Shown here piece by piece: positions 49,084-60,181 of a DNA stretch of 64,000 bases (its first letter is position 1; every line of letters starts with the position of its first letter). Below the pieces are notes generated by a model. The model did no database searches and was not told where the DNA came from. It saw only the letters and a list, made by a program, of their open reading frames with translations. The DNA is from a bacterium (GTDB lineage: Bacteria > Hydrothermota > DG-26 > JAUXAN01): assembly GCA_030619885.1 (NCBI GenBank), contig JAUXAN010000001.1:11474-75473 (forward strand). The letters are read 5' to 3'. The position numbers were made by a program, and so were the translations under genes.

Positions 49084-49436
49084 ACGCAGATGAACCCCGT
49101 TAGAGGCGTCGTCTCTAACGGGGTAGAGACACAAAGAGAATTTCGTTAAGCGTTTGTCCGCAGGATCCGTATGGAACGGCAACGAAGCCCGTATCGTGGA
49201 GTGGCCAACGGTTACGGTTATGAAAAAAGAATATCAGAAAATCAGAATACCAGGTGGAGAATTCAGATATCAGAGTATTAGACTAATGATTAGGAAAGAC
49301 GCGATTTACGTAGCCGTCAGACGAAACGGGCATCGTAACCGATTAACGTAAACGAGTGTCTTTGTGCCTTGTCCGCAGGATCCGTATGGAGTGGCAAAAT
49401 TTATCTGCGGTTATCAGCGAAAATCTGCGTCCTATT
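49084..49436 (+). repeat. MITE-like element Rep-G (TIR-like ends GACGCAGAT / ATCTGCGTCCTATT, internal 21-bp direct repeats, CCCCGTTAGAG hairpin)
   Basis: The ends match the TIRs of the 46449-46930 cassette. The internal direct repeats TGTCCGCAGGATCCGTATGGA lie at 49155 and 49370. A shorter inverted paralogue is at 63540-63720. Confidence 0.7.
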
Positions 49437-51651
49437 AAAAGGATAATCTTTCCAAAAGAGATAGTTTCGGTCGGATGAATACCAACTCCGGCTTCTTTTT
49501 TATTTTCGCCAACTCGCAGGCTACCCTTACTGCCTCATCCAATCCCCCGAGATAGTCTACGAGTTTTAAACCCAGTGCCTGACTTCCCGTGTATATCCTT
49601 CCTCCTGCCATTTCCAACACTTCCTCATAACCGAGCCCCCTTCCTTCTGCCACTTTCTCAACGAATTTACGGTAGAAATACTGGATATAATTATCGAAAT
49701 CCTCAAGTTCCTCCTCTGTGAATCTCCTCGTTTCGGAAAACATATCCGCATGTTCTCCTCTTTTTATTATCTCAGGGTTTATCCCAATCTTGTCATAGGT
49801 TTTTGCAAGAACAGGTTTGAGACCTAAAACTCCTATACTGCCGGTTATCGTTCCCGGGTTGGTAACTATCTTATCAGCCGGGCAGGCAATATGATAACCA
49901 CCTGACCCCGCTACATCAACCATAGAAACGACTACCGGTTTCCCACTTTTTTTTGTTTCTCTCACCTCTCGCCATATCAGATCGGATGCGAGTCCACTCC
50001 CACCGCCAGAGTCAATCCTCAATATAATCGCCTTTATAGATCTGTCACTTTTCAATTTCTTAATTTGTTTCACTACCGTCTCCGACCCGATCGTGCGCTC
50101 ACCATATAAGAAATCTGAACCGCTCTTACCTGTGACTATCAGTCCAGTCAACTGTAAAACCGCTATTTTAGGAGGTACTGCCCATCCATATCTTTTCAGC
50201 CTTCCCTTTATACTTGCAGTTTTGAACTTTTTTTCATCACCTTTAATACCGCATTCCTCCATTATAGTCTTCTTCGCATCTTCATAGAATCCAATCTTGT
50301 CTATAAGACCTTTATCTCTGGCTACTTCGGGTATCATCAATCCATAATCTAATAGCTCAGGAGAAATTTTTCTGTCTTCTACTATACCAGAAACTAACTG
50401 ATTATGAAAATCGTCAACTACCGATTGATATTGCTCTCTTGCTTCATCTGACAGTGTATCCCTTGTAAGTGGTTCGAACGCAGATTTGTATTTCCCTGCC
50501 CTCGAACCTTCGAACTCAACCCCGAGTTTTCCAAACATCTCTTTCATCATATATACTTTGAAGTAAGGACCCACCATCCAGAGGTCACTCATAGGTGTGA
50601 CCACTATACGGTCAGCACACGATGCAAGGTATAGGTCGCCGACATCACACCCGTATTCAAAATATACTACAACTTTTTTCTCTTTCTTCAATTTTTTAAT
50701 TTCATTCCTCAATTCCTGAAATGTCCCAAATCCTGCCCTTAAATTCTTGATTTTGAAAAGCACACCTTTTACCGTTTTGTCAACTCTTGCTCTTTCGATC
50801 TCTTTCAATTTATTGTTCAAACCCTTTGAACTCCTACCGAACAGGCTAAATCCTTTTGGCATATCTTCTATCTCACCACTCAGATCGATCTCCACTATTT
50901 TTTTCTTCTTGAATACTGTTCGCTGAATTTCAGATGAGGAGGATAGATGGATAAAATGGGATGTGTCCCTATTTACGAAATTATATCCTATTGAAGAGTA
51001 TGTAAAGTTAAGGCCAATTCCGACACTAAAGTCATCCTCATCCTTAAATCTACCAGAGAGCACCACACCGTCTACCAGTTCTAATTCAGCGCCGTAACTC
51101 ATCGTTATGTCCTCGCTTTTTCTTTCACCTTCTGCCTCGGCAAAAAGGGTTATCCTGTCCCCAAACGGTCTTAATCCAACCCCTCCAATATATCTCTTCA
51201 GTATTTTCACTCCACTTCCATATTCCGGTTCATTGATATTCTCAACTACCCCACCTATGGAGAGAAAGTCTTTTGGCCGAAAAAGGAACCCTCCGTCTAT
51301 GGAATAGATGGTCCATTCGGGAGACTTCTGCCATCTATTTCTAAAACCAGCATAGAGATTGCCCGACATTCTGAATCCAGAAGAGAGGTTGAAATCCTGA
51401 ACATCCCTTTCGTATCGTGCATATCCAAATCCTAAACTATGGGCACTTAAGAGCAGGTTCCAGTGTTTGTTTTTTTCCTCCAACTTCATAGAGAATAGCA
51501 AAAAAGATCCTTTTTCAACACCAAGCCCTGCCGGATTTACAAGGATTGCAGATGCTTCATCACTCGTAGCAACTGAAATGCCTGATGTATATTGTGAATA
51601 ACCTTGAGTAGAGAGGAGTATCCCTGTAATGAAAATAAAACTTTTTTTCAT
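49435..51651 (-). CDS. sppA: signal peptide peptidase SppA (S49, 67K-type tandem domains) with N-terminal beta-rich extension and signal peptide
   Basis: An N-terminal signal peptide is present. Tandem ClpP-fold domains include VVSMVDVAGSGGYHIACPADKIVTNPGTITGSIGV. Confidence 0.75.
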   Translation of the reverse strand: MKKSFIFITGILLSTQGYSQYTSGISVATSDEASAILVNPAGLGVEKGSFLLFSMKLEEKNKHWNLLLSAHSLGFGYARYERDVQDFNLSSGFRMSGNLYAGFRNRWQKSPEWTIYSIDGGFLFRPKDFLSIGGVVENINEPEYGSGVKILKRYIGGVGLRPFGDRITLFAEAEGERKSEDITMSYGAELELVDGVVLSGRFKDEDDFSVGIGLNFTYSSIGYNFVNRDTSHFIHLSSSSEIQRTVFKKKKIVEIDLSGEIEDMPKGFSLFGRSSKGLNNKLKEIERARVDKTVKGVLFKIKNLRAGFGTFQELRNEIKKLKKEKKVVVYFEYGCDVGDLYLASCADRIVVTPMSDLWMVGPYFKVYMMKEMFGKLGVEFEGSRAGKYKSAFEPLTRDTLSDEAREQYQSVVDDFHNQLVSGIVEDRKISPELLDYGLMIPEVARDKGLIDKIGFYEDAKKTIMEECGIKGDEKKFKTASIKGRLKRYGWAVPPKIAVLQLTGLIVTGKSGSDFLYGERTIGSETVVKQIKKLKSDRSIKAIILRIDSGGGSGLASDLIWREVRETKKSGKPVVVSMVDVAGSGGYHIACPADKIVTNPGTITGSIGVLGLKPVLAKTYDKIGINPEIIKRGEHADMFSETRRFTEEELEDFDNYIQYFYRKFVEKVAEGRGLGYEEVLEMAGGRIYTGSQALGLKLVDYLGGLDEAVRVACELAKIKKKPELVFIRPKLSLLERLSF

Positions 51652-51865
51652 CGCTACCTCCTTTTTTAGTGGTAAAAAACATACAAACCTATCATATCAA
51701 GTCAAGGAAAAAGAAACCACATATTACACTGATTAACACAGATTTTAGGGCAAGGCTAAAGTTCATTGCCTTATGAGATTTTTCCGTGTTTATCCGTCTC
51801 AACATCAGTGGTACTCCGTGTCATTTTCCCTTGACAAGGAGTCTTGTTTATTTTAATTTCGAAAT

Positions 51866-52177
51866 ATGGGTGTAGAGATTATAAAAAAGATAAAAGAGGC
51901 GGAGAAGAAGGCAGAACAGATGATCGAAAAAGCATCCGTTGAAGCAGAAAAGATAATAACCGATGCAGAAGAGGAGGCGAAAAGAGCGGTTAAAGAGGCT
52001 GAAGAGAAGGGTAAGAAGCTTCTCGAAGAATCTATAACAGAAGCAAAAAGAGAAGCCGGAGATGAAAAACTCAAGATTAAAAAAGAGAAAGAGAAAGAGA
52101 TCAAAGATATACAGAAGAAAGCGAAACCAAAACTCGTTCACGCAGTGGAACTCGTTGTGAAAAAGCTAACCGGATAG
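51866..52177 (+). CDS. A/V-type ATPase peripheral-stalk subunit (H/G-like, coiled-coil, Lys/Glu-rich)
   Basis: It is 103 aa, highly charged and alpha-helical. It immediately precedes the I, K and E subunits. Confidence 0.6.
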   Translation: MGVEIIKKIKEAEKKAEQMIEKASVEAEKIITDAEEEAKRAVKEAEEKGKKLLEESITEAKREAGDEKLKIKKEKEKEIKDIQKKAKPKLVHAVELVVKKLTG

Positions 52178-52179
52178 AT

Positions 52180-54150
52180 ATGGCAATTGTTCCTATGGAT
52201 AAGGTTGTCCTTCTCACGCACAAAAGTGAGAAGGAAGGGCTTTTGAAAGAACTACAGAGAGAAGGCATTGTCCACATAAGTGACCTCAAAGAATCTAATC
52301 TCATAAAGGATTACCCGGAATTTTCCCCTCCCGAAATAACACCAGAGTTGGAAGAAATCTCCTCAAATCTCTCAAGGACAATAACCTTTCTTTCTAAATA
52401 TGAAGAGAGGGGAGGAGTGCTGTCAGGATTATTAAAACCGAAGATTCTTTTAAATAGCGAAGAGTTCGAAAAGATAGTTAACAAATTCGACCCAATTCCA
52501 ATAATAAAAAAATGTGCGGAGTATGAACAGAGACAGAGAGAAATCGCAACAGAAGAAAATCACATCCATTCTTTAATTGAGCTAGTCTCCAATTGGATAG
52601 AATTGGATTATCCTTTAGAAGAGATTAAATCTACTGATAAGACCAGAATTGTTTCAGGGTTCATACCAAATCATATCAATGTATCAAAAGTTAAAGAATC
52701 TGCTCACAAGATAGAAGCTTTCTCTTTTGAGATCGTCACTGAAACTCCAGAAGAGATTTACTGTATCGTAGCATATTTAAAAGAAGCAGCCCAGGATGCT
52801 GAAGAGTTTCTCTCCGCGTTCGATTTTGAGATTGTTGATTTTGGCGAATTGAAGGGGAAACCAAAAGATATTGTGTCAGAACTTGAAAAAGACCTCTCCA
52901 AGTTGAGGGATGAACTCGATACCATATCCAGGTCTTGCAGTGAACTGGTTAATAATTTACCAAAACTTAGAATCCTTTCTGACCATTATACAAATCTTAT
53001 ATCTCAAAAAACCGCGGAGAATAATTCCATTGCAACAAAGGAGGCTGTATATATTGAGGGATGGGCAAGAAGGCGGGATTATAAAAAGTTGGAATCTCTG
53101 TTAGAGAAGTTTACCTCAGTGAGTATGAGTAAAGTCAGCCCCGAAGTGGATGAGGAACCACCTACAGATTTAGAGAATAAGAAGCCTTTCAGACCATTTG
53201 AGTTTATCACAGAGTTATATGGGATGCCCCACTCTTATGAACTTGACCCTACTCCTCTTTTAGCACCGTTCTTTGCGATATTTTTTGGACTCTGCCTTAC
53301 AGATGCAGGATATGGAATAATCCTTGCCGTACTCTCTTTCATAATGATGAAGAAATTTCCAGGTGGGAAGAAACTGCTCCAACTCCTGTTTATAAGTGCG
53401 ATAGCAACAGTAGTAATGGGTGCGATAACAGGGGGATGGTTCGGTGATGCCTTCAAACGGATCCCATTTTCTTCTGTGAGATCTTTTAGGAAATCGGTTA
53501 TGCTTTTTGACCCGATGGAAACACCGATGCTCTTTTTCCTCATTGCGGTAGGGCTCGGATATTTTCAAATAATGTTTGGATTATGTTTAGCCCTTTACGA
53601 TAATTTGAGGAAAAGAGAATACCTGCCAGCATTATTCTCACCAATTATGTGGTTGGTCCTTTTGAACTCGTTGGTTCTTTTGGGCCTCTCTGCCGCCGGA
53701 ATTATTCCTAAAACATTCATTTCTTACTGTAAAATAATCGCACCTGTAGCAGGTCTGTGCATCTTCTTCTTCAAATTTTTATATGAGAAGGAAGAATCTT
53801 TATTTGCTCGATTTGTGCTGGCAGGATTCACCATTTTTTCTGTTGTATTCTATGTTGGTGATGTACTATCCTATCTCCGTCTTATGGCACTTGGAATGGT
53901 TACAGCAGGTATAGCGATGGCTGTAAATATCATTGCAGGAATCGTTGGTGGAGTACCGATTGTTGGTGTTATCTTTGCAGTGATCGTACTCATTGGAGGA
54001 CATCTTTTTAATTTGGCAATAAATACACTCGGTGCTTTTGTTCACACCCTGCGTCTTCAGTATGTTGAATTTTTTCCCAAATTCTTTCAAGGGGGTGGTA
54101 AACAGTTCAAACCATTAAGAATAGAAAATAAATATGTAATAATAACTTGA
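52180..54150 (+). CDS. ntpI: A/V-type ATPase subunit I (a-subunit, membrane)
   Basis: It is 656 aa with a hydrophilic N-terminal half and a polytopic C-terminal half carrying the conserved Arg helix (VHTLRLQYVEFF). Confidence 0.8.
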   Translation: MAIVPMDKVVLLTHKSEKEGLLKELQREGIVHISDLKESNLIKDYPEFSPPEITPELEEISSNLSRTITFLSKYEERGGVLSGLLKPKILLNSEEFEKIVNKFDPIPIIKKCAEYEQRQREIATEENHIHSLIELVSNWIELDYPLEEIKSTDKTRIVSGFIPNHINVSKVKESAHKIEAFSFEIVTETPEEIYCIVAYLKEAAQDAEEFLSAFDFEIVDFGELKGKPKDIVSELEKDLSKLRDELDTISRSCSELVNNLPKLRILSDHYTNLISQKTAENNSIATKEAVYIEGWARRRDYKKLESLLEKFTSVSMSKVSPEVDEEPPTDLENKKPFRPFEFITELYGMPHSYELDPTPLLAPFFAIFFGLCLTDAGYGIILAVLSFIMMKKFPGGKKLLQLLFISAIATVVMGAITGGWFGDAFKRIPFSSVRSFRKSVMLFDPMETPMLFFLIAVGLGYFQIMFGLCLALYDNLRKREYLPALFSPIMWLVLLNSLVLLGLSAAGIIPKTFISYCKIIAPVAGLCIFFFKFLYEKEESLFARFVLAGFTIFSVVFYVGDVLSYLRLMALGMVTAGIAMAVNIIAGIVGGVPIVGVIFAVIVLIGGHLFNLAINTLGAFVHTLRLQYVEFFPKFFQGGGKQFKPLRIENKYVIIT

Positions 54151-54254
54151 AAGTAAACCACAGAGAACATCTCAGGACTTGTATGGACAGATTTCAACAA
54201 GATAAAAATAATTCTGAAAATAAAAGACAAATCTGGTGTTAATCTTGTGGTTAA

Positions 54255-54770
<516 letters not shown>

Positions 54771-54775
54771 GGTGA

Positions 54776-55375
54776 ATGATGGGGACTGAAAAGGTAACCG
54801 CCAGGATACTTGAAGAAGCAAAGAAGGAAGCTTCTGAAATAAAAAAAGAGGCAGAGGAAAAGGCAGCCCACATAAGTGAAGATGCACATCTGAAAGCTAA
54901 AGAGATTGAAAAAAAGAACCGAGAACAGGCAAAAAAATTATTCAAAGAAGAAAAAAGTAAAATTCTCGCCCTCTCTAAGATGCACATGAGAAACGAGATT
55001 TTGAAAGAGAAAACAGTTATAATCGATGATGCCTTCAAAAGGTCAATTGAGAGTCTCGTTAACAGACCGAAAAAGGAATATCAGACCATAATCAGAAATT
55101 TGATTTTAAAATCCTGCGAAGTGGGCGATGAGGAAGTCATAATTGCGAAAAAGGATAGGGATAAACTCGATACGAAATTTCTCTCAAAGATAAACAAAGA
55201 GATAAAAAAAGCCGGTAAGAAGGGCACGTTGCAATTCTCAAATGAGGGTGGAAATTTCAGTGGGGGGGTCATTCTGCGAAAGGGGAATGTAGAAATGAAC
55301 GCTACATTTGAGACACTTCTTGAAGGGACGAGAGATGAATTGGAAATGGAACTGGCAAAGATACTTTTTAAGTAA
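54776..55375 (+). CDS. ntpE: A/V-type ATPase subunit E
   Basis: It is 199 aa with an N-terminal coiled coil (ARILEEAKKEASEIKKEAEEKA) and a globular C-terminus. Confidence 0.8.
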   Translation: MMGTEKVTARILEEAKKEASEIKKEAEEKAAHISEDAHLKAKEIEKKNREQAKKLFKEEKSKILALSKMHMRNEILKEKTVIIDDAFKRSIESLVNRPKKEYQTIIRNLILKSCEVGDEEVIIAKKDRDKLDTKFLSKINKEIKKAGKKGTLQFSNEGGNFSGGVILRKGNVEMNATFETLLEGTRDELEMELAKILFK

Positions 55376-55455
55376 AAAAAACTTAAAATAGCCACAGGTA
55401 AGATTATCGAACTCGATGCAGGTATAATTCAAATAGCAATAAAAGGAGAGTCTTT

Positions 55456-56730
55456 TTGAAGATGGTTAGGCCGGATGTGCTCGCCATTATAATCTTTCTC
55501 TGTGTCTATACCTTTCTTGCCCTTTCAACCAAACACAGGGCAATTGCTGTATGGATCGGCGGCATCCTCTTTTTTATATTTAAAATCATTACACCACAGT
55601 ATGGATTTCTATTTATAAATTGGAATGTAATAGGTATCTTCTGTGGAACGCTTCTGGTCTCGGAACTTTTCATCCACTCAAAGGTCCCTGCATATCTGGC
55701 AGACCTGCTTGTCAACCGCTCAAATAGTGTTGGGGTGGCGATGCTTTTGGTCTGCATTCTGTCTGGTTTCATCTCCATGTTCGTTGAGAATGTCGCCACC
55801 GTGTTGATAGTAGCACCGGTTGCATTGGAGATTGCAAAAAAAATTCGCACATCACCCGTGCCTTTCATAATAGGCATCGCTGTCTCATCAAATCTGCAGG
55901 GAACGGCTACTCTCATAGGCGACCCGCCGAGTATGATACTGGCAGGCTTTTTAAAAATGAGATTCAACGATTTCTTTTTCCTGCTCGGCAGACCGAGTAT
56001 ATTCTTCTCCGTCGAAATTGGAGCAGTTGCATCCTTTGTTGTCCTCTATTTGATTTTCAAAAAATATAGACAAAGAGTCAGGAAGGTTGAAAAGACTAAA
56101 ATCGAGAGCTGGACGCCCAGTTGTTTTTTGATTGGAATGATAGTACTACTTGCACTCTCATCTTTTGTAGATGTTGAGTTCTCCTACCTTGCAGGTATTA
56201 TCTGCATGATATTTGGAGTTATCGGTCTTCTCTGGCAGGGTAGAAGAGACAAGACCGTTGCAATTGGTCTTTTAAAAAATTTCGACTGGGAGACTACATT
56301 CTTTCTGATGGGAATCTTCGTTATGGTCGCCGGGTTAAAAAATTCAGGATGCATCGATGAGATAGCCAGTTTCATAAAGAAAGCTGGTGTGAGTAATACA
56401 TTTATCGTATATACCATACTCGTATGGTTTTCGGTTTTCGTCTCTGCATTTGTAGATAATGTCCCTTATGTAACTGCTATGATCCCTGTCGGTCAGACCC
56501 TTGCTAATGGATTTGACATTCCACCATTTCTCTTCCTATTCGGAATCTTGATTGGAGCATGTTTAGGTGGAAACATAACACCCATAGGTGCATCGGCAAA
56601 TATAGTGGGGATTGGATTGTTGAAGAAAAAGGGTTACGAATGTAGTTTCTGGGATTTTATGCGCATAGGACTCCCTTTTACAATATTCGCGGTTATAGCA
56701 GCATACATATTTACATGGATCATATGGTAA
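55456..56730 (+). CDS. ArsB/NhaD-superfamily permease (anion transporter-like)
   Basis: It is 424 aa with ~12 TM helices. A LIGDPPSMILAGF-type motif is duplicated in the two halves. Confidence 0.6.
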   Translation: MKMVRPDVLAIIIFLCVYTFLALSTKHRAIAVWIGGILFFIFKIITPQYGFLFINWNVIGIFCGTLLVSELFIHSKVPAYLADLLVNRSNSVGVAMLLVCILSGFISMFVENVATVLIVAPVALEIAKKIRTSPVPFIIGIAVSSNLQGTATLIGDPPSMILAGFLKMRFNDFFFLLGRPSIFFSVEIGAVASFVVLYLIFKKYRQRVRKVEKTKIESWTPSCFLIGMIVLLALSSFVDVEFSYLAGIICMIFGVIGLLWQGRRDKTVAIGLLKNFDWETTFFLMGIFVMVAGLKNSGCIDEIASFIKKAGVSNTFIVYTILVWFSVFVSAFVDNVPYVTAMIPVGQTLANGFDIPPFLFLFGILIGACLGGNITPIGASANIVGIGLLKKKGYECSFWDFMRIGLPFTIFAVIAAYIFTWIIW

Positions 56731-56788
56731 AATGGCGGAATTTTTGGGATTGACAAGTTCCAAAATTACTGCATAATATCGTCTAAGG

Positions 56789-58000
56789 ATGGGTTTGAAT
56801 AAAACAGAAAGATGTTCTTATATAGGACCAAGAGGGGAGAGATGTGAGAAGTTAGCACTCAGTTTAACACATTTCTGCTGGCAACACCTGAAAGATAAGA
56901 AGAGTTATATTAAAAGGATAAAACAGAGTAAAAGTTTGGAAAGATTTTGTTTGGAGGGGATTCAGTTGAAAGGTGCGAACCTTGCAGGTGCTAATATGAA
57001 GAAGGTCAATCTACACGACGCAAATTTAGAAGGCGCCGATTTGACGAATGCAAATTTGGAAAAGGCAAATTTAACTGGAGCGAATTTTCAAAGGACTGTC
57101 TTCGCATACGCAAATTTGTATAATGCCGATCTGTGGCGGGCAAATCTTCGAGAGGCAAAGCTATGGAACTCCAATCTCAAAGGTGCCTCATTGAAAGAGG
57201 CCTGCGTTCAGGAAGCAAGACTGAGAGAGGCGAATTTAGAAGGTGCCAATTTGCTGAGAGCCAATTTTCATCGAGCCAGTCTCATCGGAACAAACCTCAA
57301 AGATGCGAATTTATATCAGACAGATTTGAGAGGTGCAGATCTGTGGGTGGCTGAAACTGGCGATAATCTCCCACAGGAGAAAGAGAAGGATTTTCTCAAA
57401 GCGAAACAGATATATAGAACATTGAAAGAGACCTGTAATCAGGCGGGTTTCTACACAGAGGCTGGCGAATATCTCTATCGTGAGATGAACTGTCAGCGAA
57501 TGGCTTATCGATATTTCCACAAATTTTTCAAAAGTGAGCGGCCAAAATCTAAATTCAAGAATTGGAAACGAATTTTTGACCTCAAATACTTGCTCCAGAC
57601 GAGTAAATGGGTTTTGAAATACAACCTCAAGTATCTGTGGTCGTGGGTGGTATATATGATATGTGGATATGGTGAGCGTCCACTCAATGTATTCGGAACC
57701 GCTGGAGTAATAGTCCTCCTTTTTTCCATTTTGTATATTCTCACTCCACTATTGAGTTCTCTTGCAGGTGTGTATGATAACGAGATACTTTTAAAAATCA
57801 ATCTCTCGGGCCCGTTCGGGGAGAATGTGAAAACTTTCTTTAATTCCGTCTATTTCAGCACCATCACCTTCGTAACAGTAGGCTATGGAGACCTCGTGCC
57901 GATTGGAATAGCAAGACTCTTCGCTATGCTCGAGAGTTTTATAGGTGCGTTTATGATAGCGGTCTTTGTCTTAACATTCGGCAGGAAGATGCTGAGATGA
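56789..58000 (+). CDS. fusion protein: N-terminal Cys-cluster, ~20 pentapeptide repeats, and C-terminal 2-TM K+-channel pore (TVGYGD)
   Basis: The pentapeptide repeats include ANLAGANMKKVNLHDANLEGADLTNANLEKANLTGANF. The C-terminus is a channel pore helix and filter (FSTITFVTVGYGDLVP) flanked by TM helices. Confidence 0.8.
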   Translation: MGLNKTERCSYIGPRGERCEKLALSLTHFCWQHLKDKKSYIKRIKQSKSLERFCLEGIQLKGANLAGANMKKVNLHDANLEGADLTNANLEKANLTGANFQRTVFAYANLYNADLWRANLREAKLWNSNLKGASLKEACVQEARLREANLEGANLLRANFHRASLIGTNLKDANLYQTDLRGADLWVAETGDNLPQEKEKDFLKAKQIYRTLKETCNQAGFYTEAGEYLYREMNCQRMAYRYFHKFFKSERPKSKFKNWKRIFDLKYLLQTSKWVLKYNLKYLWSWVVYMICGYGERPLNVFGTAGVIVLLFSILYILTPLLSSLAGVYDNEILLKINLSGPFGENVKTFFNSVYFSTITFVTVGYGDLVPIGIARLFAMLESFIGAFMIAVFVLTFGRKMLR

Positions 58001-58015
58001 GAATGTGTCGTTAAA

Positions 58016-58558
58016 ATGAAGTGGATAAAAATTGTTTTTTTCATTTTGCTGATAACGAATTGTGCAAAAAAGGAAGAGAAGAAGAGTGCTGATGCGAATT
58101 CTAATTATTATGCCAGAATACATTTTAGACAGGGAAGGGCACATTTTTATAATCGTGAATATAACAAGGCAATTGAGAGTTATCAAAAGGCTATCAGGTG
58201 CAACCCGGATTTTACAGAAGCGCATTATTATTTAGGATATGTGTGGCATACATTAGGAGAATATGACAGCGCATCCGTTGAATACAGGAAGACAATCGAA
58301 CTGGATTCTAAATATGCAAGCGCACATTTTCTTCTGGGCAGGATTTATGACAGAAAAGAAATGGTGGATAAAGCAATTAAAGAATATGAACAAACGATTA
58401 AAATTGAACCAAAATATACAGCAGCCCATTACTATCTCGGTAAAGATTATGAAAGAAGCGGCAACTACAAAAAAGCCATCAAATTTTATAAGAAATATCT
58501 TGACTCTTCACCGAATGGCAGACATGCTGAAGAGATCAGAAAAATTTTAAAATTATGA
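58016..58558 (+). CDS. TPR-repeat lipoprotein
   Basis: A lipobox LLITNC is followed by 4 TPR units (AIESYQKAIRCNPDFTEAHYYLG...). Confidence 0.75.
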   Translation: MKWIKIVFFILLITNCAKKEEKKSADANSNYYARIHFRQGRAHFYNREYNKAIESYQKAIRCNPDFTEAHYYLGYVWHTLGEYDSASVEYRKTIELDSKYASAHFLLGRIYDRKEMVDKAIKEYEQTIKIEPKYTAAHYYLGKDYERSGNYKKAIKFYKKYLDSSPNGRHAEEIRKILKL

Positions 58559-60024
58559 GACGGTTGAAATTTAGATGGCTCATTTTTTTATTATCGATAC
58601 TTTCATGCTCAAATTTTAAGCCTGGATTAAGAAAAACTATCATTAATAGTAGGATTGAGAACCTACAAGAAGCGATTGATAGTCTTCTTTCAGATTCCCT
58701 CCTCGCGAGGGCAAATGTAGGGGTAAAGGTTATTTCTGTTAAGACAGGAAAGACTCTGTATGCTCGAAATGCACACAGATTGTTCAATCCTGCATCCAAT
58801 ATGAAACTTCTGACCACTGCTACATCCCTTTCAGTATTGAAACCTGATTATAGATTCAAGACCATTGTGTATGGGGACGGTCAACTCAGTAATGGAATAA
58901 TGGAAGGGAGCCTCTATATTAAAGGGTTTGGTGACCCTTCTTTGACAACAGAAGACCTCATATCTATAGCGAAGAGATTGAAAAGGCAGGGTATTTTAAG
59001 AATTACAGGTAATCTTATTGCAGATGATACCTATTTCGACAATATCCGTCTTGGCGAAGGATGGATGTGGGATGAGAAACCTCGAAAGTATAGTGCAAGG
59101 ATAGGTGCTTTATCTGTAAATGAGAATTCAATATCTATCTTTTTGAAGCCTGGCAAAAAGGCGAAAGACCCATTATATACGGAGTTTGACCCCAAAACAG
59201 AATTCGTTCTCTTTCAAAACTATGGAATGAGTGGAAGTCAAGATAGTGTGGAAGTTGACAGAATCTTTGCACAGGGTAAGAACATAATAGTAGTGAGAGG
59301 GATTATATCAGTTACAAATCCTGGAAGATATTACACCCGTAACCTTGAAGACCCACCTATGTATACCGCAACTCTCTTTAAAGAATGTCTTGAAAAAGAG
59401 GGGATAAATTTGGATGGGATAATTCAGTTAGGAAAACTTCAAGAAGAGAAGGTTTTTAAACTTGCGATTCACTACTCAAAACCTCTGTTCGAGATTCTAT
59501 ATTATATGGAGAAAGAGAGTTCGAATTTTGTGGCTGAACAACTTCTCAAGACCATTGGCGCTTCAGTTAAGGGTGAGCCGGGAACATCAAAAAAGGGGTT
59601 GGAAGCGATAGAGGAATTTCTGATGACCATAGGAATTCTACCCGATAGGTATAAAGGTGCTGATGGCTCAGGACTTTCAAGGTATAATCTCATCTCTCCT
59701 TCGGATATAGTGACTTTGTTAAAATATATGTATAGGGACTTTGAGCTTCAGCCTGAATATACGAGTCTATTACCTATAGGAGGCATCGACGGCACACTAA
59801 AAAACCGAATGCACACCATCCAAAGAAAGGTGAGAGCGAAAACAGGCACTATGAGGGGAGTGAGTTGTCTCTCTGGATATGTGGTGACTTCCGACAGTGA
59901 AGTGCTCGCTTTTTCTATGATGATGAATAACTATTTAGGAAGGGCAGAATCTATCCAGAAAATTCAAGATGAGATCGTCTATCTACTCGCCACTTTTTCA
60001 AGAAAGAAGAAACCACGGAACTAA
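58555..60024 (+). CDS. dacB: D-alanyl-D-alanine carboxypeptidase/endopeptidase (PBP4, S13 family)
   Basis: The SxxK motif NPASNMKLLTT is present, the length is ~490 aa, and a signal peptide is present. Confidence 0.85.
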   Translation: MRRLKFRWLIFLLSILSCSNFKPGLRKTIINSRIENLQEAIDSLLSDSLLARANVGVKVISVKTGKTLYARNAHRLFNPASNMKLLTTATSLSVLKPDYRFKTIVYGDGQLSNGIMEGSLYIKGFGDPSLTTEDLISIAKRLKRQGILRITGNLIADDTYFDNIRLGEGWMWDEKPRKYSARIGALSVNENSISIFLKPGKKAKDPLYTEFDPKTEFVLFQNYGMSGSQDSVEVDRIFAQGKNIIVVRGIISVTNPGRYYTRNLEDPPMYTATLFKECLEKEGINLDGIIQLGKLQEEKVFKLAIHYSKPLFEILYYMEKESSNFVAEQLLKTIGASVKGEPGTSKKGLEAIEEFLMTIGILPDRYKGADGSGLSRYNLISPSDIVTLLKYMYRDFELQPEYTSLLPIGGIDGTLKNRMHTIQRKVRAKTGTMRGVSCLSGYVVTSDSEVLAFSMMMNNYLGRAESIQKIQDEIVYLLATFSRKKKPRN

Positions 60025-60181
60025 CCACAGATTCCACAGATTAGTGCAGATTTCATAAACCGAAGCAAAGGAGAAAGATATTGGGGTCAAATCTTAACAA
60101 AATTGAGCTACTACGAAAATTTTAAATTGAGATTGACCCTAATGGAATGCATGGTCTTAAGGATTTTTAATCTCTACTATT

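Noticed and set aside
49154-49351. 65-aa ORF inside the Rep-G element
   Set aside because: The paralogous copy at 63540-63720 has a ~100-bp deletion through this ORF and still keeps the element ends. It is most likely a non-coding repeat.
51848-52141. 97-aa minus-strand ORF
   Set aside because: It is a low-complexity Phe/Leu-rich reverse translation of the Lys/Glu-rich ATPase H-subunit gene.
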